A DNA stretch of 64,000 nucleotides from Candidatus Poribacteria bacterium (GTDB taxonomy: Bacteria; Poribacteria; WGA-4E; WGA-3G): the NCBI GenBank assembly GCA_965197475.1, contig CBDANF010000002.1:160001-224000 (forward strand), given 5' to 3'. Positions 9,913 through 19,799 of the stretch are shown here, piece after piece. A program made the position numbers and the translations under genes. Positions within the stretch are counted from its first letter, which is position 1. The number at the start of each line of letters is the position of its first letter. The notes under the pieces are model-generated. The model did no database searches, was not told the DNA's origin, and worked only from the letters and a program-made list of their open reading frames with translations.

Positions 9913-10951
9913 AGACATTATAATGAATTAGTTTTAAATTTGTTAACCTCTGTTATACTGACTTATTATTACGATAGGAGGTTAACTCATGACCAATTTT
10001 CAAGATCTCAAGGACAGACCTGATGCGTTTCTGTCCCTCACCGGATATACATTAGAAGAGTTTACAGAACTATTACCTCATTTTTCTTGTTGTTTTTTAG
10101 AATATATGTGAACACATACCCTTGATGGCAAACCACGCAAAAATCGGAGATATAAACCCTATAAAAATAGTCGTTTTGCTTCCCATGAAGATATGTTGCT
10201 ATTATCTTGATTTACCTGCGTGATGCTCCGAAACAAGTTCTATTGGGTGCGCTCTTTGGTATGTCTCAACCACTTGCTAATAAATGGATACACTTGCTTT
10301 TATCGATATTGAACAAAGCATTAGCAAAACTTGAAGAGTTGCCATCTCGGGAAACAGACCCCGCACCTATGTGTGATGCTTGTGAGGTATCAACTCAAAG
10401 TCAAGAAGTAGAACATTTTTTTTCATGATGGCACGGAGCGTCTGATACAGCGTCCAAAAGACCCGTCAACTCAAAAGGCGTATTATAGTGGTAAAAAGAA
10501 ATGCCATACAGTGAAAAATAATCTGATTATCAATGAGACCTGCAAAGTTGTCCTATTGACACCTTCTTTTGAAGGAAGACACCATGACAAACACATAGCC
10601 GATACGGTGGGCTATTGTGTGCCACAGGGAAGCACATTGTCCCAAGATACCGGTTTTCAGGGTTTCGTTCTCCCGGATATAAACATCATTCAACCGAAGA
10701 AAAAACCGAGAGGTAGAGAACGGACGAATGAAGAAAAAGAAAACAATAGAAAGATAGTGTCTATACGCATACGCGTTGAACATGCGATTAGTGGTGTCAA
10801 AAGATGCCGCATTGTCAAAGATAAACTCAGGAATTGGAAGAAAGGGTTTTGTGATTTAGTTATGGAAACTTGTTGTGGTTTACACAACTTCCGACTAAAC
10901 TTCAGACCCTGGCGTTATGAAACTCCTTCTATTTAATTCATTATAATGTCT
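9913..10951 (+). mobile_element. Degraded IS5-like element (HTH + DDE_Tnp_4-type transposase)
   Basis: Perfect 18-bp TIR AGACATTATAATGAATTA at 9913-9930 and 10934-10951. Confidence 0.85.
9989..10936 (+). pseudogene. Transposase pseudogene
   Basis: ATG 9989 after AGGAGG; TGA at 10109; 1-nt deletion near 10203; T8 shift at 10416-10423; motifs DGTER.IQRP, YYSGKKK.HT.K, DTGFQG, RIRVEHAI.GVK. Confidence 0.85.
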
Positions 10952-11246
10952 ATTGTTATCGGTCCAGTTGGGAAACAGTTCCTACCGCATATTTTGTAGC
11001 ACAAACTTTTAGTTTGTGTCGTCCTTGCGCAAACTGAAAGTGGACGCTACAGCAGTGTCCAGATAATTACAGATTTTACTATAAGACACCTTACACCTGA
11101 GAGATTTCAATACCTACTGTTGCTGACGAATGAAAATCACAATGAATTGTGCTACAACAACGCTACAAACACAATCTATATCCCGAATCAAAATATCCGT
11201 TTTTGGTAGGGAGTTAGGTTATTCTTTGATGTTGGAGGAAACGAAG

Positions 11247-12046
11247 ATAAAATTTAGAAATAAAAGTAAAGCCATGGTATTTTGGTTAAGTGCCATCATT
11301 TTCACTGTGGCGGGCACCGGTATCACTCATGCTGGTATAATTGACGAGGGCGCAGTTGAAGTTCTCTATCTTTTCGACGAAGGAGAAGGTGAGGTAGCCG
11401 TAGATTCTTCTCTCAATGGTCGGGATGGGGCAATAATCGGTGCGCAATACGCCGAGGGTGTTTTTGGCACCTGCCTACAGTATGATGGAGTAGACGACAA
11501 TCTGATCGTTACCGGTTATGCTGGTGTTGGCGGTGTAGAACCCAGAACAACGCTCTTCTGGTTTAAAGCAGGCGACACAAGACAACATTCATGGGTAAAA
11601 TGGGGACCGAATGTTGTCAGAGAAAAATATTATATCCGGGCACATCCATCAGGTGAACAATGCTTCTTGAGAATTGAAGTTAATGGCGGACAAAATTACG
11701 GAGAAGATGATGTGTGTGATGGCGAGTGGCATCATTAGCACTGGTCTTTCCCGAAGGTGCGGACTCCGTGCAAGACCATGATCTCTATGTTGATGGTAAA
11801 CTTCAAGAAAAGATAGGCAATGATGTAGAAATGAACACGAATGGTGAAGCGCAGGAGATAAACATCGGCGCACGTCTAACGGGGCACAATTTTTTGTTCG
11901 GTCTTCTGGATGAACTCGCTATCTTCAGCGTGGGCTTAGATGCAGATCAAATCAACGCTATTCGTGAGAACGGACTACACAACACGGTAAGTGTTGACCC
12001 ACAAGGAAAATTAGCCACAAGTTGGGCAAAGATTAAGAAGTACTAA
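11247..12046 (+). pseudogene. LamG-like secreted protein, pseudogene
   Basis: Paralogue of 13661..14443; ATA at the paralogue's ATG position; 1-nt deletion near 11735 (CATCATTAG); ends VDPQGKLATSWAKIK. Confidence 0.8.
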
Positions 12047-12083
12047 ATTGTTCGTTAAATTTCTGAGGCGATTAGTCATCGCC

Positions 12084-13301
12084 TCAGAAATTTGATCGAA
12101 ACGCGGGGTACAGCGGCATTTCTCGGACTTCAAGTGGCCATATTGTGCTGAACTTTTCCTGGATTTTTCTCGCTGTCGCTCCAAGTGCTTGCAGATAACT
12201 GTGTTCCTCAGTTAACTGTGTCAACATATCTAAACGGTAGAAAACACGCCTCCGGACAGCGGGCAGCCCCCAATGATTGTAGTTTGGGTCAGTTCTTAAA
12301 GCTTCATAATCGCCGGCTGGTCGATTATTCAAGGAATTGCTAAATACGGCTTTTGGCGGTTCAAAAAATCGGTATATACACCGAATCGTCTCATAAACAC
12401 ACGCCTCTATAAGACGCTGGTAAAACCACTGATCATCTTGCACTTCAGGACAAGTTGTCGCTAGTGCCGCCCGGTACGCATTTTCCATTTCTTTCATTAC
12501 ATAGTCGGGAAACCTTGAAACTTCCGCCCACATATCAAGATGAACACGAATCTGCAACCCATCAACAAGCACATGTTGGTAATGACCAAACTCGTAGTCG
12601 AAAACATAAACTTTCGATTTTGCGGTAGACTGATAGACATTAACGGGGTAAAGATCGCCGTGGGTCAGTCCATGAAAACGATTAGAAGTTTCAAGGAAAC
12701 CCGCGAGTGTTTTTAACTCAGAAAAGGATTCTTGATAGGGAGCAACACCTGCGGCATCGGATATCTCGGTCAATTTTTCAGCATAAACAGAATAGAAGTC
12801 TTCACTTTTCTGTTCAATGGTGACAATCGAATCCCGAATTTTAAGGAACGTCTCCAACTTGCCAATTGAGTGTGCATTGATATTCCCGAGTACCTTGGCA
12901 CATTCAATCACCACTATTTTTGCGGTTTGGCTATCATCAGATGCTAATACTGCCCTCAGATTCTGACCATCACCCATATCTTCCATCACTATGAGGGGAA
13001 CGTTATTTTTTCCTGTATATCCTCCACCGTAAAAACGCGGTGTAGGACAATTTTCACCTATTTGGTCACTAAGGAATTTTAGGCACGTCCATTCAACACG
13101 GATTCTCCGCGCCCGCTTTCGTTTGACGAAGACGCTTTCCGGTATCCCATCGGGTCCCGAAAGAACCCTGAAACGATATAGACATTGAGGATGGATATTC
13201 TCACTCCTATCAAGGCGAACCTCACCACCGAATTTTGTAGAAAGTATCGCCTGAACTGCTGAGTTCACATTTTTGAAAGACGTATTGTTGTGTGTTGCCA
13301 T
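12084..13301 (-). CDS. APH/choline-kinase-like phosphotransferase
   Basis: VFVK, IVMEDMG, THGDLYPVN, FDYE. Confidence 0.75.
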   Translation of the reverse strand: MATHNNTSFKNVNSAVQAILSTKFGGEVRLDRSENIHPQCLYRFRVLSGPDGIPESVFVKRKRARRIRVEWTCLKFLSDQIGENCPTPRFYGGGYTGKNNVPLIVMEDMGDGQNLRAVLASDDSQTAKIVVIECAKVLGNINAHSIGKLETFLKIRDSIVTIEQKSEDFYSVYAEKLTEISDAAGVAPYQESFSELKTLAGFLETSNRFHGLTHGDLYPVNVYQSTAKSKVYVFDYEFGHYQHVLVDGLQIRVHLDMWAEVSRFPDYVMKEMENAYRAALATTCPEVQDDQWFYQRLIEACVYETIRCIYRFFEPPKAVFSNSLNNRPAGDYEALRTDPNYNHWGLPAVRRRVFYRLDMLTQLTEEHSYLQALGATARKIQEKFSTIWPLEVREMPLYPAFRSNF

Positions 13302-13390
13302 AATAACCGTTCTACGAAGTGTATAATAGGTCTATATTTTACTTTATTTTTGCCTGTAAATCAATCAGAATCACGTCTGTATTTTACACT

Positions 13391-13511
13391 AACGTGAGCT
13401 CGGCATAAGCAATTTTTAGGAATCGGTGCGGTTAGAAACCGCACCTACCGTGGCTGTGAAAGTAGAATTCAAGCATTAAAAACTTCACATCTCTTACACT
13501 GAGCTCACGTT
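13391..13511. mobile_element. MITE-like element A, copy 1, with internal REP
   Basis: TIR AACGTGAGCTC...GAGCTCACGTT; 5-bp flanking duplication ACACT; homologous copy at 61862-61991. Confidence 0.75.
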
Positions 13512-13660
13512 ACACTTGCTTTTTTCTTGTGTTTTCAGGGCAATTTTGCTAAAATAATCTCGTCATAGTTTAGAGAAATATACGGAAAATCTCTGTTTTC
13601 GTATTGAATATACGGTTTAGATTACGGAACTTGTCAGGCTTTACATTGGAGGAAAGAAGA

Positions 13661-14443
13661 ATGAAATTTGGAAGTCAAAGTAGATTCATGATCCTTTCTT
13701 TAAGTATCGTTATTTTCACATTATCGGTCACTGGAATCAGTCATTCTGCAGTGATTGATAAAGATACTATTGAGTTTGCCTATCTCTTTGATGAGGGAAA
13801 AGGCAACGTTGCTAAAGATCTCTCAGGAAATGGTCGAGATGGTGCGATATCTGGTGCTAAATACGTCAAAGGTAAGTTTGGGACTTGCCTGGAATACGAT
13901 GGCGTAGACGATAACTTGATCGTAACCGGTTATGCCGGTGTCGGCGGCACAGTTCCCAGAACAACGGTCTTCTGGCTTAAAGCCAGTGACACAAGAGCTC
14001 ATTCATTGGTGAAATGGGGCCGGATTGATGCTGGAGAAAAATACTACATCCGGGCGCACCCATCAGGCGCAGCGTGCTTCTTACGAGTTGAGGTTACTGG
14101 TGGGCAAAATTACGGGGCAGACGATATGTGTGATGGTGAGTGGCATCATCTGGCAGTAGTCTTTCCCAAAGGTGCAAACTCCGTGCAAGACCATGACCTC
14201 TATGTTGATGGTAAACTTCAAACTAAGGAAGGCACTGATCAAGTGATGAACACGAATGATCAGGCACAAGAGGTGAACATGGGAGCAAAGTTGGGCCACG
14301 AATTTATGTTCGGTTTGTTTGATGAGGTAGCCATCTTCAATGTTGACTTGAGTCAGAGGCAGATTGATGCAATCCGAAAGAACGGATTAGAAGGGGCCCT
14401 CAGTGTAAACCCACTAGGTAAATTAGCCACAAGTTGGGGATGA
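13661..14443 (+). CDS. LamG-like jellyroll secreted protein
   Basis: RBS GGAGG; signal peptide; YLFDEGKG..AKDLSGNGRDG, DGEWHHLAV, LYVDG, FDEVAIFN; C-terminal VNPLGKLATSWG. Confidence 0.85.
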   Translation: MKFGSQSRFMILSLSIVIFTLSVTGISHSAVIDKDTIEFAYLFDEGKGNVAKDLSGNGRDGAISGAKYVKGKFGTCLEYDGVDDNLIVTGYAGVGGTVPRTTVFWLKASDTRAHSLVKWGRIDAGEKYYIRAHPSGAACFLRVEVTGGQNYGADDMCDGEWHHLAVVFPKGANSVQDHDLYVDGKLQTKEGTDQVMNTNDQAQEVNMGAKLGHEFMFGLFDEVAIFNVDLSQRQIDAIRKNGLEGALSVNPLGKLATSWG

Positions 14444-14453
14444 TTAAGACATA

Positions 14454-15287
14454 TTAATCCCACAAGTCAAGTCCTAATAGTTTCCGTCCCAAAGGTGTCA
14501 ATTCCGGCGATCCATAGTTTTTTGCTTCCCACCCCCTCGGGTCGCCGGGATAGGGTCCGTGGCCTAATGCTCGCCGCTCCCGCCATAGTGTGAGGCGTTC
14601 TTGACGCCGTTCCTCATTCATCGGGTTAGGCGCACGATAGAAATTCATATATTGTGCCAATCTCGGTTTGTCGGAGGTATTGCGACCGTTGCCGTGCGGA
14701 AGTGCTACATGCCAGATGAGTAGTGAACCTTCCTTCGCTGGCACCTGTATGAATTTTTCCCTATATTTTTCCGGCGTAAGTTCTGGCACCCATGGGTTTT
14801 CTTTGTCAATGAGTGACTTGTGCGCTCCGGGCCAACAGACAAAAGACCCTTGATTGCCGACTGTGTCTCTGAGAAACAAAACACCTTGTGTGCTAAACCT
14901 AACTGGTAGTTTTGAGGTGTCCGCATCCCAATGATACATGCCCTTATGGTCCCACTCAGGATAGTCTGAATGTTTAGGCGGTTTCATGTTGACTCTGTCT
15001 TGGTGAACCCAAATCCGCTCTGTGCCATACACCTCACTATAAATCTGATGAATCGGTGGATGTTGATAAACGCTCCACATCGCTTGATGATGGTACATCT
15101 CTACCATTCCTGCCCCGGGTTTGTGCGGCGCGCGATACCAATCATTCGGGTCCGATGGATCCATCTCCAAAAACGCAAAAATCGCGTCAACAACTGCCTC
15201 ACACAGTTCAATCGGTACAGCATTTTCGATGATCATATAGCCATATTCATCAAAATGTTCGCGGTGTGCCTCTGTTAATATTGCCAT
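14454..15287 (-). CDS. PhyH-family dioxygenase
   Basis: HWD, QGVL.L.D, PGAH, LPHGN..N.SDKPR. Confidence 0.85.
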   Translation of the reverse strand: MAILTEAHREHFDEYGYMIIENAVPIELCEAVVDAIFAFLEMDPSDPNDWYRAPHKPGAGMVEMYHHQAMWSVYQHPPIHQIYSEVYGTERIWVHQDRVNMKPPKHSDYPEWDHKGMYHWDADTSKLPVRFSTQGVLFLRDTVGNQGSFVCWPGAHKSLIDKENPWVPELTPEKYREKFIQVPAKEGSLLIWHVALPHGNGRNTSDKPRLAQYMNFYRAPNPMNEERRQERLTLWRERRALGHGPYPGDPRGWEAKNYGSPELTPLGRKLLGLDLWD

Positions 15288-15547
15288 TCAATTCCTTTTA
15301 TGTTAGTGTGTTGCTTAAATCATAGTCCAATTCTTCATTTAATTATAACACATCCAATCAAAAAACTTAAGAGAAAGAACAGTGCTTTTATAGTAACAAC
15401 CTCCGAACAGCAATTTCCTCTATAGAAATAACATATTTTTCACGTTAGGTAGGCGCGGTTTGAAACCGCGCCTAATAGACAATAGGTGTATGTCGTTATA
15501 CTGTAACTGTCTTTGTGCAATCGCGTTTACCAGGTAATTAACCGCGA

Positions 15548-16006
15548 TTAGTGGTCTTTTGGATCCAGATGGACCCTTGTCATGCCCACGAAGTTCAGGT
15601 AATAGAAAATGGCATCGTTTTTCGGTCCAATGAGATTGTCCTCCGTGTGAGACGCTAACTTCGCTTCCACTAACGTTTCTACGGCTTTTTCTATCTCACT
15701 TTCTGAGATGTCGGTTTCTTCCAATGATTCGGTCTGTAAAGGGTTTTTTCGGAACCATGCAATACAGAGATGTTTCACAACCTTATGAATCCATCCTTGA
15801 AACTGTGTTGGATCTCCCAACGTTTCAAGTTTCTGATAGACTTGCAGGAAGGTCTCCTGCGTTATATCTTCAGCAATATGGAAATCTCTTATTCTCCGCC
15901 AAGCATGCGCGTGAACCTGCTTCTGATATTTTCTAATCAAACTCTCAAAAGCAACCTCATCACCCTCAAGGATGCGTTGGATCAACGTAACATCGTTATT
16001 TTTCAC
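15548..16006 (-). pseudogene. ECF sigma factor fragment (region 2 only)
   Basis: GTG after GGAGG; GDEVAFESLI.KYQ, AEDITQETFL; no region-4 HTH. Confidence 0.7.
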
Positions 16007-16108
16007 CAGATGCCTCCGCAAGCATATCTTCATTCACTCATATATAATGACGCGAGTTAGACAAAAAAAGGTGCATATTTTTGGAATAGGGTGGATTACG
16101 AAATTTAC

Positions 16109-16137
16109 TTGACATATTTTACGCCTCTACATATAAT
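16109..16137 (+). promoter_or_regulatory. Sigma70-type promoter
   Basis: TTGACA-17 nt-TATAAT. Confidence 0.8.
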
Positions 16138-16177
16138 TTTCAACACAATTCAACAGATATAGTGGAGGAATCTGTCG

Positions 16178-17386
16178 ATGGCGAAAACAGTTTGTATCGT
16201 AGGAACAATGGACACAAAAGGGTTAGAATTTGCCTTCATCACAGATATGATAGAATCAAGTGGCGTTTCAACGTGCGTTGTTGACACAGGAATCTTGGGA
16301 GAACCACAGTTGATACCCGATGTTTCTGCTGATGAAGTCGCACAAGCTGGCGGTTCATCTCTAAAGGCATTGCGAGATGAAGGCGATCGAGGCAATAGTG
16401 TCGCTGTGATGGCACAAGGTGCGGCAACGCTTATCGCTGAAAAACATGCTGCTGATGAGATTGATGGTATAATTTCACTCGGAGGGTCTGCTGGCACAAC
16501 GATTGGGACGACAGCGATGCAGGTGTTACCTGTGGGTGTTCCAAAACTCATGGTCTCAACCCTTGCTTCAGGCGATACAAGTCCGTATGTGCAGTCCAAA
16601 GATATATGCATGATGTATTCTGTCGTTGACATTGCTGGTATCAACCGCTTGTCACGACAAATACTCACCAACGCTGCGAGGGCAGTCGTTGGAATGGTAA
16701 CTGCCGAAATACCAATGGCAACAGCAGACAAACCTTTAATCGCTGCCACAATGTTCGGTGTAACGACTCCCTGCGTTACAAAAGCACGTGAAATCCTTGG
16801 AGCCGCTGGCTACGAAGTACTCGTTTTTCACGCAACAGGTACAGGCGGACGCGCAATGGAAGACCTTGTCAAAGGCGGATTCCTCGCCGGTGTACTTGAC
16901 GTAACAACGACAGAACTTGCAGACGAATTGGTCGGTGGAATTCTCAGTGCTGGACCAGAACGTCTGGAAGCCGCAGGACAAGCAGGTTTGCCCCAAGTCA
17001 TTGCTCCCGGTGCTTTGGATATGGTGAATTTCGGCCCGCCAGATACCGTGCCAGAGAAGTTTAGCAAACGACATTTTTATCAGCACAATCCGACAGTGAC
17101 ACTGATGCGGACAACTGCCGAAGAGACAGCCGAGTTAGGAAAAATCATGGCACGCAAACTCAGCGGAGCGAAAGGCCCTACAACTGTCCTCATCCCTACA
17201 CAAGGTGTATCCGCTATTGACAAAACAGGACAACCTTTTGATTCACCCGAAGCGCGAGATGCATGGCGAGAAAATCTAAAGGCGTACATCGGTGCCAATG
17301 TTACGGTAATTGAGATGGACGTTCACATCAACGATGACAAATTCGCTGCGAAACTTGCAGAAACGTTGTTGGATAGCCTAAAATAA
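16178..17386 (+). CDS. Tm-1-like ATP-binding protein (UPF0261)
   Basis: GTMDTKG.E, GGSAGT, PKLMVSTLASG, TMFGVTTPCV, FHATGTGG, HNPTVTLMRT. Confidence 0.9.
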   Translation: MAKTVCIVGTMDTKGLEFAFITDMIESSGVSTCVVDTGILGEPQLIPDVSADEVAQAGGSSLKALRDEGDRGNSVAVMAQGAATLIAEKHAADEIDGIISLGGSAGTTIGTTAMQVLPVGVPKLMVSTLASGDTSPYVQSKDICMMYSVVDIAGINRLSRQILTNAARAVVGMVTAEIPMATADKPLIAATMFGVTTPCVTKAREILGAAGYEVLVFHATGTGGRAMEDLVKGGFLAGVLDVTTTELADELVGGILSAGPERLEAAGQAGLPQVIAPGALDMVNFGPPDTVPEKFSKRHFYQHNPTVTLMRTTAEETAELGKIMARKLSGAKGPTTVLIPTQGVSAIDKTGQPFDSPEARDAWRENLKAYIGANVTVIEMDVHINDDKFAAKLAETLLDSLK

Positions 17387-17396
17387 GAGGATATAG

Positions 17397-18287
17397 ATGC
17401 CAAAAACTTACAAAACACTAACAGAATCAGATGTAAACCATTTCATTGAAAAGGGACATGTTGTCCTGAAAGATGGTTTTTCGCGAGAATTAGCAGCAGA
17501 GTGGCGAGAATTCGCTTTTAAACGTCTCGGTTATGACCCCGATGATCCCACAACTTGGGAAGAACCACGCATCCATCTGCCCTCAATGAATCGTATGCCA
17601 ATTCGAGAAATCGCGCCGAGGGCATGGGACGCTATCTGTGACCTACTCGGCGGTGAAGACAGAATTACCAATTCAGAACCTTCTTGGGGCGATGGCTTTA
17701 TAATCAACTTTGCGTTAGGTGCAGATACTGCATGGCAACCCCCTGAGTCTCTACAAAGAGGTTGGCATAAGGATGGCGATTTCTTCCGACATTTTTTGGA
17801 TAGTCCAGAACAAGGATTGCTTACCATTGTCGTCTGGTCGGATATTCATCCGAAAAGTGGTGGTACATTTGTCGCCTGCGATTCGGTTCAACATGTCGCC
17901 CAGCATTTGTCCGCACATCCAGAGGGTTTGTTGCCGGGACAAGGTTTCGGTCAGTTGTATGAAAAGTGCAAGGACTTTGTAGAAATTACTGGGAATGCTG
18001 GAGACGTTGTTCTGCTGCATCCGTTCATTTTGCATTCTGCGTCACAAAATCCATCTGGACGCGCCCGTTTTATCACAAATCCGCCAGTTGCGCTCAAAGA
18101 ACCGATGAATTTCAATCGCGAAAATCCTGATGATTTCTCACCGATGGAGTTGGCAGTCTTACGTGGATTGGGCAAAGACCGCTTAGATTTCAAACCGACA
18201 GCACCGCGGGAACGATTGGTGCCGGAACGTGTCAAACGGCAAAAGAAAATGTTGGAAAAGCAGAAAAAACGTCTCGTTATGGTATAG
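17397..18287 (+). CDS. PhyH-family dioxygenase
   Basis: WHKDG, GGTF, GDVVLLHPFILHSAS.N. Confidence 0.8.
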   Translation: MPKTYKTLTESDVNHFIEKGHVVLKDGFSRELAAEWREFAFKRLGYDPDDPTTWEEPRIHLPSMNRMPIREIAPRAWDAICDLLGGEDRITNSEPSWGDGFIINFALGADTAWQPPESLQRGWHKDGDFFRHFLDSPEQGLLTIVVWSDIHPKSGGTFVACDSVQHVAQHLSAHPEGLLPGQGFGQLYEKCKDFVEITGNAGDVVLLHPFILHSASQNPSGRARFITNPPVALKEPMNFNRENPDDFSPMELAVLRGLGKDRLDFKPTAPRERLVPERVKRQKKMLEKQKKRLVMV

Positions 18288-18309
18288 CAATCCTTCATCA
18301 TCAAGGTTG

Positions 18310-19377
18310 CTACCTTTTTTCTGCTTCTAACTGCGCCTTTTGCCAGCCATAATCCACATTGCCATCATAAAATTTGTCGGGATGTTCAACTGCCCAAATC
18401 TGCTTGTGGATAATCCAATTTTTGGGGTCCAATGCGAGTGCCTTCCGCCATTCTGTCACTGCTTCCGTCTTTTTTCCTATCTCTAACAAGGTCCGTCCAA
18501 GTTGAAACCGCGCATTAGCTTCAAGAATCTTTGGGTTTTGCGATTTGTTGAGCGGTTTTAAGTTACGAAGCAGTGTCGCGTTATAGGTGGTATGGGAGAA
18601 CCATTTTTCCAGCATCGCAATGGTTTCTTTGTTGGCAACATTTATGTTGAAAGGTGATTTGACCATCCTTCCTGCTTCGTCAATCATAACACCGTATGGA
18701 ATCGCTTTGAGATTATAACGATTGCCCAATATATTTTGTGAGTCAACAAGTGTGACAAATTCTGCGTTGGCTTTGTCGTGCCATGGTCGCACCACAGACG
18801 CACCCTGCGCGTCAATTGCAATGGAGACGAGGTTTAGTTTATCACGGTGTTTCGCGTAAAATTTCTGCCATCCTGGCAGTTGTCCACGACATGCTCACCA
18901 TGAACCCCAAATATAAAGTAGTGTCTTCTTTCCACGGAAATCCTGCAAACGTCTTGGGCTATTATCTATATCTGGTAACGTAAATTTAGGGGCGAGTTGC
19001 TCCGGGCGTACAACCTCCAGCTGGGTTTCTGAGGCTTTGTAAATTTCAAAGCCGAACGGTTCAGTAATGTTTTCAATTTTAGTGTAAGTAACGCCATCAA
19101 TATTGAATGCGCTCTCACCAAATTGCAGCGGAACACACAACTCCGATTCTCCGCCGCAGATAACTACCATATCCCCACCATTTGGCACTTCAACTAATCC
19201 TAAATGTTTGCAGACAGATTCTAACGGCACTAACCATGTACCATTTTTGAATATAGGTGTTGAGGTAAATGTAACGAGTTGATTATCAATTGAAATTTGA
19301 AGTTTTTTGACTGGTGCCGCCTGCAATCCTATTGCAAAAGACAATATGACACAGGTCGTAAGTATCAGTTTCATCAT
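18310..19377 (-). CDS. Secreted ResA/TlpA-like redoxin selenoprotein (WGSW-U-AC) with C-terminal TPR; Sec codon at 18895-18897
   Basis: Two ORFs lie in one frame; readthrough gives APKFTLPD..L.DFRGKKTLLYIWGSW*ACRGQLPGWQKFY...VSIAID; SECIS-like hairpin follows. Confidence 0.85.
18865..18879 (-). promoter_or_regulatory. Candidate bacterial SECIS hairpin
   Basis: CTGCCA-GGA-TGGCAG begins 15 nt after the UGA, with G first in the loop. Confidence 0.7.
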
Positions 19378-19742
19378 GGCGCACTTCTCTCCCGATGTTG
19401 AGCATCGTAAATTAAGAATTTGATTATCTGTTCAGCTGTTTTGGGGGTGAGTCCAGAACCTGGCTTTCGCATCATCTTATGCACATATTTTCGCCATTCT
19501 TCCGGTGTAAAGGTGGAATTAATCGGTCGTGCAACGGTATGGCATCGGCTACATTTCCGAGTAAACAACTCGTAAAGCGTTTGCATTTCCTGTGGATAGT
19601 TTGAGACATCAACAAAGTTAGTACCATTATCTGCAGGGTATGTTTTAGCGGCAGTGCGCGGCGCGCGTAAGGCGAAAATCATTCCAATGCCTACCAGAAA
19701 GATAACACCTATCACTGTAATCCAAACAATAGTTTGCTGCAC
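19374..19742 (-). CDS. Membrane-anchored monoheme c-type cytochrome
   Basis: N-terminal TM helix, KCSRCH, W..YV.KM..KPGS; GTG start after GAGG. Confidence 0.75.
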   Translation of the reverse strand: MQQTIVWITVIGVIFLVGIGMIFALRAPRTAAKTYPADNGTNFVDVSNYPQEMQTLYELFTRKCSRCHTVARPINSTFTPEEWRKYVHKMMRKPGSGLTPKTAEQIIKFLIYDAQHRERSAP

Positions 19743-19799
19743 CCTTAGTGAACCTCTCAATGACAACTTCCAGATTAGTTGTAACTTTTCCAATAATCA

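Noticed and set aside
10109-10111. In-frame TGA in the transposase as selenocysteine
   Set aside because: No redox motif or SECIS-like hairpin, and the gene has another frameshift lesion.
14441-14443. TGA after KLATSWG as selenocysteine
   Set aside because: Not a Cys position in the motif; a nonsense change or natural end is more likely.
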